DNA of 42,418 nucleotides from an uncultured Planctomycetia bacterium (GCA_964609315.1 CAZSRG010000004.1:1-42418); one strand, 5' to 3'; counted from the stretch's first letter, positions 8,736-19,250 are shown. The notes: generated by a model not told the origin, from the sequence alone. Program-made: numbers and translations.

Positions 8736-9476
8736 AGTGTTTCTTCCCCTTCTGCCTTCTGTAACAGGTGTCTGTCCTCTTTTATCCTTTAACAAAAGGT
8801 CCGGCCTTCTAACCATAGTCCTTTGTAAAGCCTGTTTTTCCCTCCAGTCCTTTATCCGCTTATGGTTACCCGAAAGAAGGACTGAAGGGACTCTCCATCC
8901 TTTAAAAATTCCCGGCTTAGTATAATCAGGATAATCAAGAAGCCTTTTTTCAAAACTTTCGTCTTTTACTGAATCAGGATTGCCGGGCACGCCCGGAATA
9001 AGCCTTGCCAAACAGTCAACCAATACCATAGCGGGAATTTCTCCTCCGGAAAGTATATAATCTCCTATGGATATTTCTTCATCAACTAAATGTTCCCTGA
9101 CTCTCTCGTCAACGCCCTCATAACGGCCGCAGATAAGAATAAGATGTTTCTTCTTAACCAGTCTTCTACCTTCTTTCTGAGTTAAGGCCTTCCCCTGAGG
9201 ACTTAAAAGAACAGTCCTTATATTCTTCCCGGATTTACTATATAACTTCTTTACTTTCTCTACAGCCCTGAATATTGGCTGGCACTGTAAAACCATACCC
9301 GGGCCGCCCCCATAAGGAGACGCGTCAACTTTTTTATGCTTATTATCTGTATAATCTCTTAAATTATGAACAGCTATATCGAGAAGTTTTTTGTCCCTGG
9401 CTATCTTTACCGTTCCGGAGGAAAAGACTTCCCGAAACATTTCGGGGAATATAGTAATTATATCTATCCGCATCAT
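8727..9476 (-). CDS. trmD: tRNA (guanine37-N1)-methyltransferase
   Basis: 249 aa with MRIDIITIFPEMF and the LSGGEIPAMVLVD SPOUT-knot motifs. The last codons and stop lie inside an intergenic repeat arm. Confidence 0.9.
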   Translation of the reverse strand: MMRIDIITIFPEMFREVFSSGTVKIARDKKLLDIAVHNLRDYTDNKHKKVDASPYGGGPGMVLQCQPIFRAVEKVKKLYSKSGKNIRTVLLSPQGKALTQKEGRRLVKKKHLILICGRYEGVDERVREHLVDEEISIGDYILSGGEIPAMVLVDCLARLIPGVPGNPDSVKDESFEKRLLDYPDYTKPGIFKGWRVPSVLLSGNHKRIKDWREKQALQRTMVRRPDLLLKDKRGQTPVTEGRRGRNTKS

Positions 9477-9528
9477 AATGCTAAATCCAAAATTCCAGTA
9501 TTACAGATACCGCGAAAAACTTAACCTC

Positions 9529-10689
9529 TCAGCCGTCATCTTTATCAGAATCTAAAACCGCGCTATTCTCAAAATAACCGGCCAGAAAATCTTTTTTGAA
9601 TTTACGAAAACTCCCCTTTTTAATTTCCCGGCGTATCCTCTTCATAAACTCCATAAACCACCATATATTATGAAAAGAAATAAGTTTTCCGCCTAAAACT
9701 TCATTGGCATTAATAAGGTGGCGGATATACCCGCGGGAGAAATTCCGGCAGGCGTAACAGCCGCATCCTTCGTCTAAAGGCATAGAATCTTTACGAAAGG
9801 CCGAATTACGCACTACAATTTTCCCCTTGTCCGTAAAGGCTGTTCCTGTGCGGCCCAAACGAGTCGGGATAACACAGTCAAAAAGATCCATGCCTCTATC
9901 TACTAATTCTAAAATATCTTCGGGCTCTCCTATCCCCATAACATATCTCAAAGAACCCTCAGAAAAATTCCCGGAAAGAAAATCAATGATATTATATCTT
10001 AAATCCTTCGATTCGCCAACACTTAATCCGCCTATGGCAAAATGATCATATCCTGTTCCAATAAGAAATTCTAAAGACTTCTTCCTCAACTCAGGATAAA
10101 TTGAACCTTGTATAATGCCTAAAGGTAAAGGCGAATAGGCAAACTTTTCAAGGCACTCCTTAAATGCCTGTTGAGACAGTTTCGCCCAATGATTAGTTAA
10201 CGCCAGTGAATCTTCAGCGTACTTTAAGGTTACCGGAAACTTCAAACATTCATCTAAAGGCAAAACAACGCTGGAGCGGACTCTAAACTGCATTCTGATT
10301 ATATCTTCGGGTTTTAAGAAATGCCGCGACCCGTCAATATGGGAATTAAATTCTACCCCTTCCTTATAAACTTTTATTAACTTAGCTAAACTAAAGATCT
10401 GGTATCCTCCGCTGTCAGTTATAACCGGTTTTTTCCACCCCATAAACTTACGCAGGCCGCCGAGGCCCTCAATAACATCTATGCCAGGACGAAGGTACAA
10501 ATGGTAGATATTGCTTAATAATCCCTGCACACCGCAGGAATTTAAATCTTTCGGAGAAAGAGTCTTTACCGCCGCCTGGGTAGCTACCGGGAAAAAAGCA
10601 GGAGTTAAAACTTCTCCGTTTAAACTCACAATTCTGCCCAGCCTGGCTTTACATTCTTTGCTTTGATAAATCAAGTCAAAATTATTCAT
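9529..10689 (-). CDS. tgt: queuine tRNA-ribosyltransferase
   Basis: 386 aa with DCVIPTR and the CGCYAC...H zinc motif. Confidence 0.9.
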   Translation of the reverse strand: MNNFDLIYQSKECKARLGRIVSLNGEVLTPAFFPVATQAAVKTLSPKDLNSCGVQGLLSNIYHLYLRPGIDVIEGLGGLRKFMGWKKPVITDSGGYQIFSLAKLIKVYKEGVEFNSHIDGSRHFLKPEDIIRMQFRVRSSVVLPLDECLKFPVTLKYAEDSLALTNHWAKLSQQAFKECLEKFAYSPLPLGIIQGSIYPELRKKSLEFLIGTGYDHFAIGGLSVGESKDLRYNIIDFLSGNFSEGSLRYVMGIGEPEDILELVDRGMDLFDCVIPTRLGRTGTAFTDKGKIVVRNSAFRKDSMPLDEGCGCYACRNFSRGYIRHLINANEVLGGKLISFHNIWWFMEFMKRIRREIKKGSFRKFKKDFLAGYFENSAVLDSDKDDG

Positions 10690-10690
10690 G

Positions 10691-10912
10691 CTATTTCTTA
10701 AAGAAGAGGAAGAAAATCAAAGATAGGATTACACTCAGGATAATTGAGGTTGTCAGAGGAAAATAAAAGATAAGATTCTTTTTCCGGATAAGGATATCTC
10801 CCGGAATCCTGCTTAAAAAATGAGGACTAACCTTTGATAAAAAGATAAATATTAACCCCGCGGCCAAAAAACCTATTCCCAAAACAACAAAAAACCTGCC
10901 TATATTAAACAT
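10691..10912 (-). CDS. small membrane protein, DUF2905-like
   Basis: 73 aa with two hydrophobic helices and a central PGDI motif. Confidence 0.55.
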   Translation of the reverse strand: MFNIGRFFVVLGIGFLAAGLIFIFLSKVSPHFLSRIPGDILIRKKNLIFYFPLTTSIILSVILSLIFFLFFKK

Positions 10913-10921
10913 GTCAATCTT

Positions 10922-11968
10922 CTAAAACAACCTATCCTGAACTTCTTTACTATAATCTATGCCTAAATGTCTATAGGCTGTTTCTAAAGCGACTCTCCCC
11001 CTTGGGCTTCTTTTTATAAACCCTATTTTTAAAAGGTAAGGTTCAACAACATCAATAAGAGTATCCGGTTCTTCTCCCAAACTGGCGGAAATTGGTTCAA
11101 CTCCGGCAGGCCCCCCTTGATAAATATCAATAAGCACCTTTAAGTACTTCCGGTCAAGCTCATCTAACCCTTTACCGTCAATCTTTAAAAAGTCCAGGGC
11201 CTTGCCGACAGTCTCAGGCTTAATCAGACCTTCTTCTTTAACCTGGGAATAATCCCTGACTCTCCTCAACAGCCGGTTAGCTATCCGGGGAGTCCCCCTT
11301 GCCCTCCGCGAAATCTCTAAAGCTGACTGTTTATCAATACTTACACTTAAAAGTTTTGACGAACGTTCAATAACTAAGGATAAATCATTCTCTGAGTAGA
11401 AATCAAAATGAAGAAATAACCCAAACCTGCTTCTAAGAGGCGCGCTTAAAAGGCCTTCCCTGGTAGTCGCCCCAATTAGAGTAAAAGGTTTGAGATTAAA
11501 CTTTATACTTTTGGCATAAGGGCCTTTGTCAATAACAAAGTCTATCTGAAAATTTTCTATCGCCGGGTAAAGAAACTCCTCTACTATCTTACTAAGCCTA
11601 TGTATTTCATCTATAAAGAGGATATCCCCCCTCTCCAAATTAGTCAGTATGCCTATTAAATCCCCGGCGCGCTCTATTGCCGGCCCTGATGTTGCCACGA
11701 TTTTAGAAGAAAGCTCATTAGAAACACAATGAGCCAAAGAAGTTTTGCCTAATCCCGGCGGCCCGGACAGCAAAAGATGTTCTAAAGGTTCGCTTCTCTT
11801 TTTCGCGGCCTCAATAGCTATCTTCAAAGAAGAAATATTATCTCTCTGGCCTACGAATTCAGAGAGGCCCCTGGGCCTGAGAGAAAGGTTAAATACAAAT
11901 TCTTCTTCAGTCTCCTGAGGAACATCAAGCCGGCCCGCTTGAGGAAATTTATTGTTTTCTTTAACCAT
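10922..11968 (-). CDS. ruvB: Holliday junction branch migration ATPase RuvB
   Basis: 348 aa with Walker A GPPGLGKTS, Walker B FIDEIHRL and a RuvB C-terminal winged-helix region. Confidence 0.92.
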   Translation of the reverse strand: MVKENNKFPQAGRLDVPQETEEEFVFNLSLRPRGLSEFVGQRDNISSLKIAIEAAKKRSEPLEHLLLSGPPGLGKTSLAHCVSNELSSKIVATSGPAIERAGDLIGILTNLERGDILFIDEIHRLSKIVEEFLYPAIENFQIDFVIDKGPYAKSIKFNLKPFTLIGATTREGLLSAPLRSRFGLFLHFDFYSENDLSLVIERSSKLLSVSIDKQSALEISRRARGTPRIANRLLRRVRDYSQVKEEGLIKPETVGKALDFLKIDGKGLDELDRKYLKVLIDIYQGGPAGVEPISASLGEEPDTLIDVVEPYLLKIGFIKRSPRGRVALETAYRHLGIDYSKEVQDRLF

Positions 11969-11970
11969 CT

Positions 11971-12681
11971 TTAAGATACTCCCGCGTTTCTGGCAATCGC
12001 GATATCTCCAAACAAAGCTTCCTGAAATACTCCTATTTCCTTTAAACGGATAAGTTCTAGAATAGCCAGAAAAGTAGCAACAATCTCAAGTTTGTTTTTA
12101 GCGCTGGCAAAAAGTTCGTTAAGTTTAACTTTAGGCTGTTCCAACACCAGATGCAGAATATCATGAACCTTCTGCTCAACGGTAAATTCATCCTTAATTA
12201 CTTCAAAAAATACCTCTTTAGGTATATCTTTTAAAGCCGCTTTAAACGCGGTTATTAAATCAAATATGCTTGCCTCAAAATAGTTATCCTCGGATTTATA
12301 CCGGTCTAAAGAACCCGGACGGGTCAAATAGTTTAAACGGTTTAGTTCTTTTTCCTTCAAGGACTTGGCTATCTCTTTATACTTCTGGTATTCTAAGAGT
12401 TTCCGGACAAGCTCTTCTCTAGGATCCTCTTCTTCCTCCTCGTCAGATGCTTCCTCATTACGGGGAATAAGTGTCCTTGATTTAATCTGGATTAGAGTAG
12501 CGGCCATAACCAAATATTCTGAAACCACATCTATATCTAAAAGCTTCATCAGTTCCATATATTCCAGGTACTGGTTTAAAACCAAGACAATGGGAATATC
12601 GTAAATATTGATGTGATTCTTCTTTATAAGATACAGGAGTAAATCCAAAGGCCCTTCAAAAATATCCAATTTTACCTTCAT
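11971..12681 (-). CDS. scpA: segregation and condensation protein A (kleisin)
   Basis: 236 aa. Has the FEGPLDLLLYLI N-terminus characteristic of ScpA and an acidic central linker. Confidence 0.8.
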   Translation of the reverse strand: MKVKLDIFEGPLDLLLYLIKKNHINIYDIPIVLVLNQYLEYMELMKLLDIDVVSEYLVMAATLIQIKSRTLIPRNEEASDEEEEEDPREELVRKLLEYQKYKEIAKSLKEKELNRLNYLTRPGSLDRYKSEDNYFEASIFDLITAFKAALKDIPKEVFFEVIKDEFTVEQKVHDILHLVLEQPKVKLNELFASAKNKLEIVATFLAILELIRLKEIGVFQEALFGDIAIARNAGVS

Positions 12682-12710
12682 ATCTTTTCTTTATATTTTC
12701 CTTACATTTA

Positions 12711-12931
12711 GAAAATTAAACTCTAAACTCAAAATCCTAAATCCCTGTCTGCCGCTCGCCTCTCGGCGAAACCGATGGAAACCTTGGCACAGGCAGGCTA
12801 AATAAACACAAAATGAAAGAAAACACAAAAACCAAAACAAAGAACATTATATTTATTATCGTTTTGGGTTTGAGACATTTGAGTTTTAGATTTATTTAGA
12901 GTTTCGAGTTTAGGACTTAGAGTTTAAGATT
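12711..12931 (-). repeat. family-1 element, subtype B, inverted relative to the others
   Basis: The reverse complement of its core aligns with the cores at 8560-8665 and 21830-21900. Carries the GC hairpin at 12744-12797. Confidence 0.85.
12744..12797. repeat. GC-rich hairpin module
   Basis: cctgtctgccgctcgcctctcggcgaaaccgatggaaaccttggcacaggcagg, the reverse-complement homologue of 7927-7984. Confidence 0.8.
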
Positions 12932-12952
12932 ATACAATTGTCTATTTATCTT

Positions 12953-13933
12953 CTATATCCTAACGGCTTCTTTGACTTTGAGCCATGTCTTCTCAGCTTC
13001 TATAGAAGCTTTTTTTCTTCCTTCTTCTAAAATTGCCAACAACTTATCTTTATTTTTAAGAAGCTTCTTTTTCTCCTCTCTCCTAAACTTTATAAGTCCG
13101 GAAAATTTACCGGCTAATATTGCCTTACATTCTGTGCACCCTCTTTCAGCCTTTGTACACCAATTATGGACATCGGGAGAGGCGGACTCGAAAAAAGCCT
13201 TGTAATAAGAATAAACATTGCATACTTCCGGATGCCCAGGGTCGGTTTTTCTTATCCTCTTAGGATCAGTAAACATCGTCCTGACTTTTTCTTTTATCTC
13301 TGAATCTTCATCTGAAAGATATATAGAATTCCCATAACTCTTGCTCATCTTCCTGCCGTCCAATCCTAAAAGGCGGGGCACAGGCGTAAGAATAGGCTTA
13401 GGTTCAGGAAAAATAGAACTTTTATATATATTGCTGAACCTTCTGACAATTTCTCTGGTTAATTCCAAATGCGGAAGCTGATCATTCCCTACCGGGACGA
13501 ACTCCGCCCGGTACAAAAGAATATCCGCGGCCTGAAGGACAGGGTAACCTAAAAAAGCATGGGTATTAATTTCTTTAGAGCTCAATTGGGTTATCTGCTC
13601 TTTGAAAGTGGGACAGCGGTAAAGCCAGCCTAAAGGAGTTAGAATGGACAAAACCATAGAAAGCATTAAATGCTCTTTTACTTCCGACTGGACAAAGATG
13701 ACCGATTTCTCAGGAGAAATACCCCAGCTAATCCAATCCGCGACATTATCTAAAGCTAAATCCCTGACTGGAAAAGAACTCTTATACTCGCTCATTAAAG
13801 CATGCCAGTCGGCAACCATAAAAAAACAGCTGTACTCATCCTGCAGATCCACCCATTTAGACAAAGCCCCGGCCCAATGCCCTATGTGAAGCCTGCCTGT
13901 AGGCCTCATACCGCTCAATATTCGTTTCTTCAT
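12953..13933 (-). CDS. trpS: tryptophan--tRNA ligase
   Basis: 326 aa, class I signature LHIGH-like (GRLHIGHWAG) and KMSKS. Confidence 0.9.
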   Translation of the reverse strand: MKKRILSGMRPTGRLHIGHWAGALSKWVDLQDEYSCFFMVADWHALMSEYKSSFPVRDLALDNVADWISWGISPEKSVIFVQSEVKEHLMLSMVLSILTPLGWLYRCPTFKEQITQLSSKEINTHAFLGYPVLQAADILLYRAEFVPVGNDQLPHLELTREIVRRFSNIYKSSIFPEPKPILTPVPRLLGLDGRKMSKSYGNSIYLSDEDSEIKEKVRTMFTDPKRIRKTDPGHPEVCNVYSYYKAFFESASPDVHNWCTKAERGCTECKAILAGKFSGLIKFRREEKKKLLKNKDKLLAILEEGRKKASIEAEKTWLKVKEAVRI

Positions 13934-13945
13934 CAGCTTTAAGGT

Positions 13946-15865
13946 TTATACATCAATCCTCCGGGCAGTAGATTCTTCCTTAAACCCTTCTATAATATCA
14001 TCTACCTGAACACCATTATAAGATATCCCTATCCCGCACTCAACCCCTTCTCCCACTTCTTTTACATCTTCTTTAAACCGCTTCAGAGAATGGATCTTCC
14101 CCTTAAAAACTTCATCTTTGCCGCGTAAAAGCCGGCAGAGGATATTCCTCTGAAGTTTGCCTTTTTCCACAATGCTTCCGGCGATAATTCCAAATTTGGA
14201 GAGCCTGAATACTTTTTTGACCTTCGCCCTGCCTAAGAATATCCTTTTAACCACAGGCTTAAGCAAGCCCTCAATAGCCGCCTTTATATCCGAAACGAGC
14301 TCGTAAATAACCTGGTAGGTTTTAATCTGAATACCTTTATCCTTAGACTGCTTTGAAGCCGCCGGCTCCACCCCTGTTTTAAACCCTACAATCAGCGCAT
14401 CCGAAGCTTCCGCGAGAACAACATCAGAAAGATTGACCGCGCCTACGCCTTTATGCAGGATATTTATGGATACTTCTTTTAAGTCTATCCTATTCAGTAT
14501 ATCGCTTATAGCTTCCAACGTGCCGTAAGCATCGGCTTTTATAATCACCCGGAATTGTTTTAACTTATTCTCTTTCATCTTCTTATACAAGTCTTCTATC
14601 CGGATATGCTGGACAGGAGATGAACCGTCCTGCCTGCTTCCAGAAATCTTTCTGCCGGTAATTTCCCGGGCCTGTTTTTCAGAGGGAACAACAAAAAAAT
14701 TATCTCCGGCAGAAGGTATCCCCTGCAAGCCTACAATCTCAATACATTCCGAAGGAAAAGCTTCTTTTAAATCGGCTCCCTTATCATTCCTCAAGACCTT
14801 TACTTTTCCCCATATTTTCCCGCAGACTACCGTATCCTTAATTTTCAGGACCCCCTGCTGGACAATAACGGAAGAAACCGGACCTAACCCTTTGGAAAGG
14901 CGGGATTCAATAACCACGCCTAAAGCCGGGCGGTCAAAATCAGCCTTGAGCTCGAGAAGCTCAGCCTCTAACAAAAGCATATCTAAAAGGTCATCAATCC
15001 CTTTACCGGTCTTTGCCGAAACAGGAACGACAATAGTTTTTCCGCCCCAGTCTTCAGGAGTTAAACCTAACTTTGACAACTGCTGTTTAACCATATCCGT
15101 CTGGACATTCTCTCTGTCAATCTTGTTCAGAGCTACAATAATCGGAACCCCCGCAGCCTTCGCGTGGCTCACAGCTTCCTCGGTCTGGGGTTTCACACCT
15201 TCATCAGCGGCAACAACTAATATAACAATATCGGTTATATCAGCTCCTCTCGACCGCATAGCCGTAAATGTTTCATGGCCGGGAGTATCAACAAAAGTAA
15301 TCCTGCCTTTACCGGTATCCACCTGATAAGCTCCTATATGCTGAGTAATTCCTCCCGACTCTCTATCAGTAATACGAGACTTGCGGATATAATCCAGGAT
15401 ACTGGTCTTCCCATGGTCAATGTGCCCCATAAGAGTAACAACCGGGGGACGGGGTTTCAAATTCGCGGAAGATGGCCCCTGTTTAAAAACAAGTTTCTCT
15501 TCTAATAAACTTTTTTCCCTGAGATTAAACCCCATGCTTCTGCCCAACTCAATAGATAAATCTTTATCTATATTCTGGTTAATACTCAGCCTTTTTCCTT
15601 TCTTTAAAAGAAGCATTATTATCTCTGAAGGTTTTTTATTAACCTTTACAGCAAAATTCTTCACTGTTAAAGGAAAATCAACTTCTATAGAATTCTCCTG
15701 AATCTTTTTTTCTTTCAAATCTTTAAATTCACCGCGGATAATATCCGCCGTATCCTTATCAATAACAGAGAGATGGCTTTTTAAAGAGAAATTCATCTCT
15801 CTAAGCCTCTTAATAAACTCTTTAGAATCTACCCCTAATTCTTTTGCCAATTCATGAACTCTCAT
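13946..15865 (-). CDS. infB: translation initiation factor IF-2
   Basis: 639 aa with GTPase motifs GHIDHGKTS, DTPGHE and NKID. Conserved MRVHELAKELG N-terminus. Confidence 0.95.
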   Translation of the reverse strand: MRVHELAKELGVDSKEFIKRLREMNFSLKSHLSVIDKDTADIIRGEFKDLKEKKIQENSIEVDFPLTVKNFAVKVNKKPSEIIMLLLKKGKRLSINQNIDKDLSIELGRSMGFNLREKSLLEEKLVFKQGPSSANLKPRPPVVTLMGHIDHGKTSILDYIRKSRITDRESGGITQHIGAYQVDTGKGRITFVDTPGHETFTAMRSRGADITDIVILVVAADEGVKPQTEEAVSHAKAAGVPIIVALNKIDRENVQTDMVKQQLSKLGLTPEDWGGKTIVVPVSAKTGKGIDDLLDMLLLEAELLELKADFDRPALGVVIESRLSKGLGPVSSVIVQQGVLKIKDTVVCGKIWGKVKVLRNDKGADLKEAFPSECIEIVGLQGIPSAGDNFFVVPSEKQAREITGRKISGSRQDGSSPVQHIRIEDLYKKMKENKLKQFRVIIKADAYGTLEAISDILNRIDLKEVSINILHKGVGAVNLSDVVLAEASDALIVGFKTGVEPAASKQSKDKGIQIKTYQVIYELVSDIKAAIEGLLKPVVKRIFLGRAKVKKVFRLSKFGIIAGSIVEKGKLQRNILCRLLRGKDEVFKGKIHSLKRFKEDVKEVGEGVECGIGISYNGVQVDDIIEGFKEESTARRIDV

Positions 15866-15959
15866 ATTATTATTTTATCCTTTCTAACCCGGATCTGATA
15901 GATTATAACAACAGCGCGGCTTTTACTTTACCCTGTCAGAAAAAATCTTCTAACAGGGT

Positions 15960-17099
15960 TCACTGCTTAATCATCTTTCCAGCCTGTTTAATAATATCTA
16001 AGGCTTTCTTTTTACCAATACCTTTTATTTTTGCTAAAACTTTCACATCTGTTCTTGCTAAAACATGGATACTCTGAATACCGGCTTTCACCAAATTATC
16101 CACAGTCTGTTTACCTATGCCTTTCAATTCATTCATCCGGTCAATCCCTGACTGCAATTCTTCCTTGGAACGTATATCAATCTCCCATCCGGTCAGGCGG
16201 GAAGCTAAACGGACATTCTGCCCCCCCTTGCCAATAGCCAAAGAAAGCTGGTCTTTATCAACCACAACCAATACTCTTTTCTCTTCTTTGTTCAAAAATA
16301 CCCTGCTTAACTGAGCAGGAGAAAGCGCTGTCCGGATAAATTCTTCGGAATTATCCGAGTAACGGACAATATCAATCTTCTCCCCTCTAAGTTCCTGCAC
16401 GATATTTTTCACCCTCGCCCCTCTCATTCCGACACAAGCGCCTACACAATCAACTTTATCATCTTTAGAATAAACAGCTATTTTTGTCCTGTCCCCGGCA
16501 TCGCGGGATACAGCTTTTATTTCTACAATCCCCTCATAAATCTCAGGGACTTCTAATTCAAAGAGTTTCTTAACAAAACCGGCAGTTCTCCGGGAAGCTA
16601 TAATTTGAGGCCCCTTTTCCCTCTTAACCTCAATACAATGAGCCTTTATCCTCTCCCCTAAATTGAAATTATCCAAAGGAGACAGCTCTGACTTGGGAAT
16701 AACTGATTCTGCTTTACCTAACAAATCTACAATAATACCACTCCGTTCAAAACGGTAAACCACACCGGAAATCAAAGAACCGACTTTATCTTTAAAGTCA
16801 TTAAAGACAACATCTTTCTCTGCCTCTCTCAACTTCTGAATAATAACCTGCTTCGCGGTCTGGGCCGCAATTCGGGCTAAATCTTTTGAAAGCATTTCAG
16901 CCCCGCCTACAAAAGCCTGAATCTCTCCACTGTCACGGTTAATCTTCACTGATATCTCAGCATCAGGATTAGTAGTGATTTTGGCTATTTTCTTAGCGGC
17001 AACAATTAAAGCTTCTTCAATAGATTCAATAAGCCTTTCCCTGTCAATCCCTTTTTCCCTCTCGATCTGTTCTAAGATAGCTAAAAATTCTCCATTCAT
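15960..17099 (-). CDS. nusA: transcription termination/antitermination factor NusA
   Basis: S1 and KH regions (GACVGMRGARV) and a C-terminal HhH region. I place the start at the ATG at 17097-17099 (MNGEFLAILEQ), which has GGAGGA upstream. The track ORF is N-terminally over-extended. Confidence 0.9.
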   Translation of the reverse strand: MNGEFLAILEQIEREKGIDRERLIESIEEALIVAAKKIAKITTNPDAEISVKINRDSGEIQAFVGGAEMLSKDLARIAAQTAKQVIIQKLREAEKDVVFNDFKDKVGSLISGVVYRFERSGIIVDLLGKAESVIPKSELSPLDNFNLGERIKAHCIEVKREKGPQIIASRRTAGFVKKLFELEVPEIYEGIVEIKAVSRDAGDRTKIAVYSKDDKVDCVGACVGMRGARVKNIVQELRGEKIDIVRYSDNSEEFIRTALSPAQLSRVFLNKEEKRVLVVVDKDQLSLAIGKGGQNVRLASRLTGWEIDIRSKEELQSGIDRMNELKGIGKQTVDNLVKAGIQSIHVLARTDVKVLAKIKGIGKKKALDIIKQAGKMIKQ

Positions 17100-17129
17100 G
17101 ATTTTCTTCCTCCGCTGTTCTAACAGCAA

Positions 17130-17265
17130 ACTGCAATAACCAGGCAACAAAATATAAACAATAACCAATAGTCAATAATCAAACGTAAAATAAGTTTAAG
17201 TTTTGAATATTGGAATCTGGAATTTGTTTGGTTATTGCATCCTGGTCATTGTTTTTATTAAGAAT
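17130..17265. repeat. palindromic intergenic element, subtype C
   Basis: gcaataaccagg... on the left pairs with ...ggttattgcatcctggtcattg on the right. Related to 6600-6715. Confidence 0.65.
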
Positions 17266-17280
17266 ATGCCTCATTGTTTA

Positions 17281-17751
17281 TTAAGGAATTATCTCTCTGC
17301 CTTTATGGACAGCTTTTAAGGGAATTTCTATCACTTCTCCCTTTATACGTAAGGATATAACTTCTTTAGCCTCATCTATTCTTTCTAAAATCCCTTCATA
17401 ATATTTCTTCCCCTGAACCTCCCCATTAAGCCACAGACTTATATTCCGGCCGCAGGACCTTTTAAAATCCTTAACAACGGTTAAATCCCTGTCAATTCCC
17501 GGCGAAGACACTTCTAACACAAACTCCTTTCCCAATACATTTTCTTTATCCAGGTACTCCGAAACCATGCGGTTGAGCTGAGCGCATTTTTCCAAAGACA
17601 TCCCTCCGGATTCATAATCCACCTCTATCTTTAAAGAGATACCCTGCCTTATGTAATACGCCTTAAGGCCAAATAGTCTGAGCCCCTCTTTCTCTATAAA
17701 CGGCAGAATCAGATCTTCCAGCCTCTTTTTTATATCTTTCAGATTCGTCAT
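17281..17751 (-). CDS. rimP: ribosome maturation factor RimP
   Basis: 156 aa with the EVSSPGIDR motif, upstream of nusA-infB as usual. Its ATG shares one base with the TGA of the upstream ATPase gene (TGATG). Confidence 0.8.
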   Translation of the reverse strand: MTNLKDIKKRLEDLILPFIEKEGLRLFGLKAYYIRQGISLKIEVDYESGGMSLEKCAQLNRMVSEYLDKENVLGKEFVLEVSSPGIDRDLTVVKDFKRSCGRNISLWLNGEVQGKKYYEGILERIDEAKEVISLRIKGEVIEIPLKAVHKGREIIP

Positions 17752-19013
17752 CAGAAATTTATATCTTTGACCTGGGTTCTTGCTTTCAATTTATCAATAA
17801 ATGAAGGAATAACCCCTGTAAAGTTCAAAGATAAAACTTCTCCTCCGTCTATAAAAGCCTGCTTTAAATTATATATGTCTTTGATCTCAAACTCTCCTTT
17901 ATTAAGGCCAACCTCAGATATCTGAGACACTATTCTGTTGCCCTTAATATCTCTCCTCAAATGAACCACTAAGTCTATCCCCATTGAAATGAAACGCCTT
18001 ATAACAGAAGGGCTGATATTAGGCCTGGCCATTAAACTTAACAGCTCAATTCTGGCTAAAGCGTCCAGAGCATCATTGGCATGAAGAGTACACATAGACC
18101 CTTCATTGCCGGTATTAATCGCATGGAGGAAAGAGAATGATTCTTCGCCCCGAATTTCACCAATAACTATCCTGTCCGGCCTGAGATGAAGAGACAACCT
18201 TACTAAATCCTGGAGAGTGATTTCTCCTTTGCCTTCAATACTGGACGGACGGGTAAGCAGTTTAAGAGAATGGTGATATTCAGAAAGAGAAATTTCTTCA
18301 GTATCTTCAATAACTATAGTTCTTTCATTATTAGGAACAAACCTCAGCAAAGAAGACATAAGGGTAGTCTTACCGACACCGGTAGATCCGGTAATTAATA
18401 TATTAAGCCTGGCTTTTACCGCCAGCCCTAAAAATTCCAGGACGTTCCTGGTAAGAGTCCCTAATTCTACAAGATTCTCCGGCGCGAATATTTCTCCGGA
18501 AAACTTTCTTATAGATATTGCCGGCCCGGATGAAGATACCGGAGGGATTACTGCGGTAACCCGTGACCCGTCTGCTAATTTAAAATCAACAAAGGGAGAA
18601 AACTGGTCTATTCTTCTTCCGCTGCCTACCATCATCCGGTCAATTATTGAACGGATTTCCTCAACGCTGTTAAACCTTAGGTTCGCCCTGAACAACTCTC
18701 CCTTCTTTTCAATAAATACCTGAGAAGGGCTGTTAACCAACACATCAGTAATTAAAGGATCTTTCATCAAATCATCCAAACAGCCGTACCCGCGTATATC
18801 GGATAAGACCTGCTCTGCCAATTTATCCAGTTCCTCTCTGCCGGGATTAAGGCGGTATTCTTTCAGAGCCCCTTTCATTACTTTCTTTATCCGTAATAAC
18901 AATTCTTCCTGCTTTGATTTCTCCGAGATTAAGAACGCGAAATCCTTCCCGTCAAACATCCTGCGGCGTATAACCTCTTTGGTCTTCTCTTTAACCAGGT
19001 TTATTTTGTCCAT
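17751..19013 (-). CDS. CpaF/TadA-family secretion ATPase (type II/IV secretion NTPase), paralogue 1
   Basis: 420 aa with Walker A GSTGVGKTT, Asp box ERTIVIEDTEE, Walker B PDRIVIGEIRG and His box CTLHAN. Confidence 0.8.
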   Translation of the reverse strand: MDKINLVKEKTKEVIRRRMFDGKDFAFLISEKSKQEELLLRIKKVMKGALKEYRLNPGREELDKLAEQVLSDIRGYGCLDDLMKDPLITDVLVNSPSQVFIEKKGELFRANLRFNSVEEIRSIIDRMMVGSGRRIDQFSPFVDFKLADGSRVTAVIPPVSSSGPAISIRKFSGEIFAPENLVELGTLTRNVLEFLGLAVKARLNILITGSTGVGKTTLMSSLLRFVPNNERTIVIEDTEEISLSEYHHSLKLLTRPSSIEGKGEITLQDLVRLSLHLRPDRIVIGEIRGEESFSFLHAINTGNEGSMCTLHANDALDALARIELLSLMARPNISPSVIRRFISMGIDLVVHLRRDIKGNRIVSQISEVGLNKGEFEIKDIYNLKQAFIDGGEVLSLNFTGVIPSFIDKLKARTQVKDINF

Positions 19014-19035
19014 AACTAATACCTCTCTAATAATT

Positions 19036-19214
19036 CCGTTCTGTCAAAAACATTTTTATTTTCTAAAACTCTAAACACCAAACCCGAAACTCTAAATAAA
19101 TCTAAAATCACAAACTCAAAATTCAAAACATTCATCATCTTCTATCTTTATATTGTTTTGGAATTTGGATTTTCTTCATTTTGAGTTTATTTAGAATTTA
19201 GGATTTAGGATTTT
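19036..19214 (+). repeat. family-1 element, subtype B
   Basis: Starts with ccgttctgtcaaaaacatttttatt and has ctaaa heptads. The right arm is ttcttcattttgagtttatttagaatttaggatttagg. Confidence 0.85.
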
Positions 19215-19250
19215 CTCCCCCCTCATATCAACGTAATGGACTCCAAATAT

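Noticed and set aside
14892-15326. Plus-strand ORFs such as 14892..15326, 20532..21044, 6130..6483, 26820..27176, 31316..31645 and 39223..39597, and every other plus-strand entry in the track.
   Set aside because: Each lies entirely antisense to a well-supported minus-strand gene. They have low-complexity S/L/P/K-rich translations, no SD and no recognisable motifs. This is typical of shadow ORFs in AT-rich DNA.
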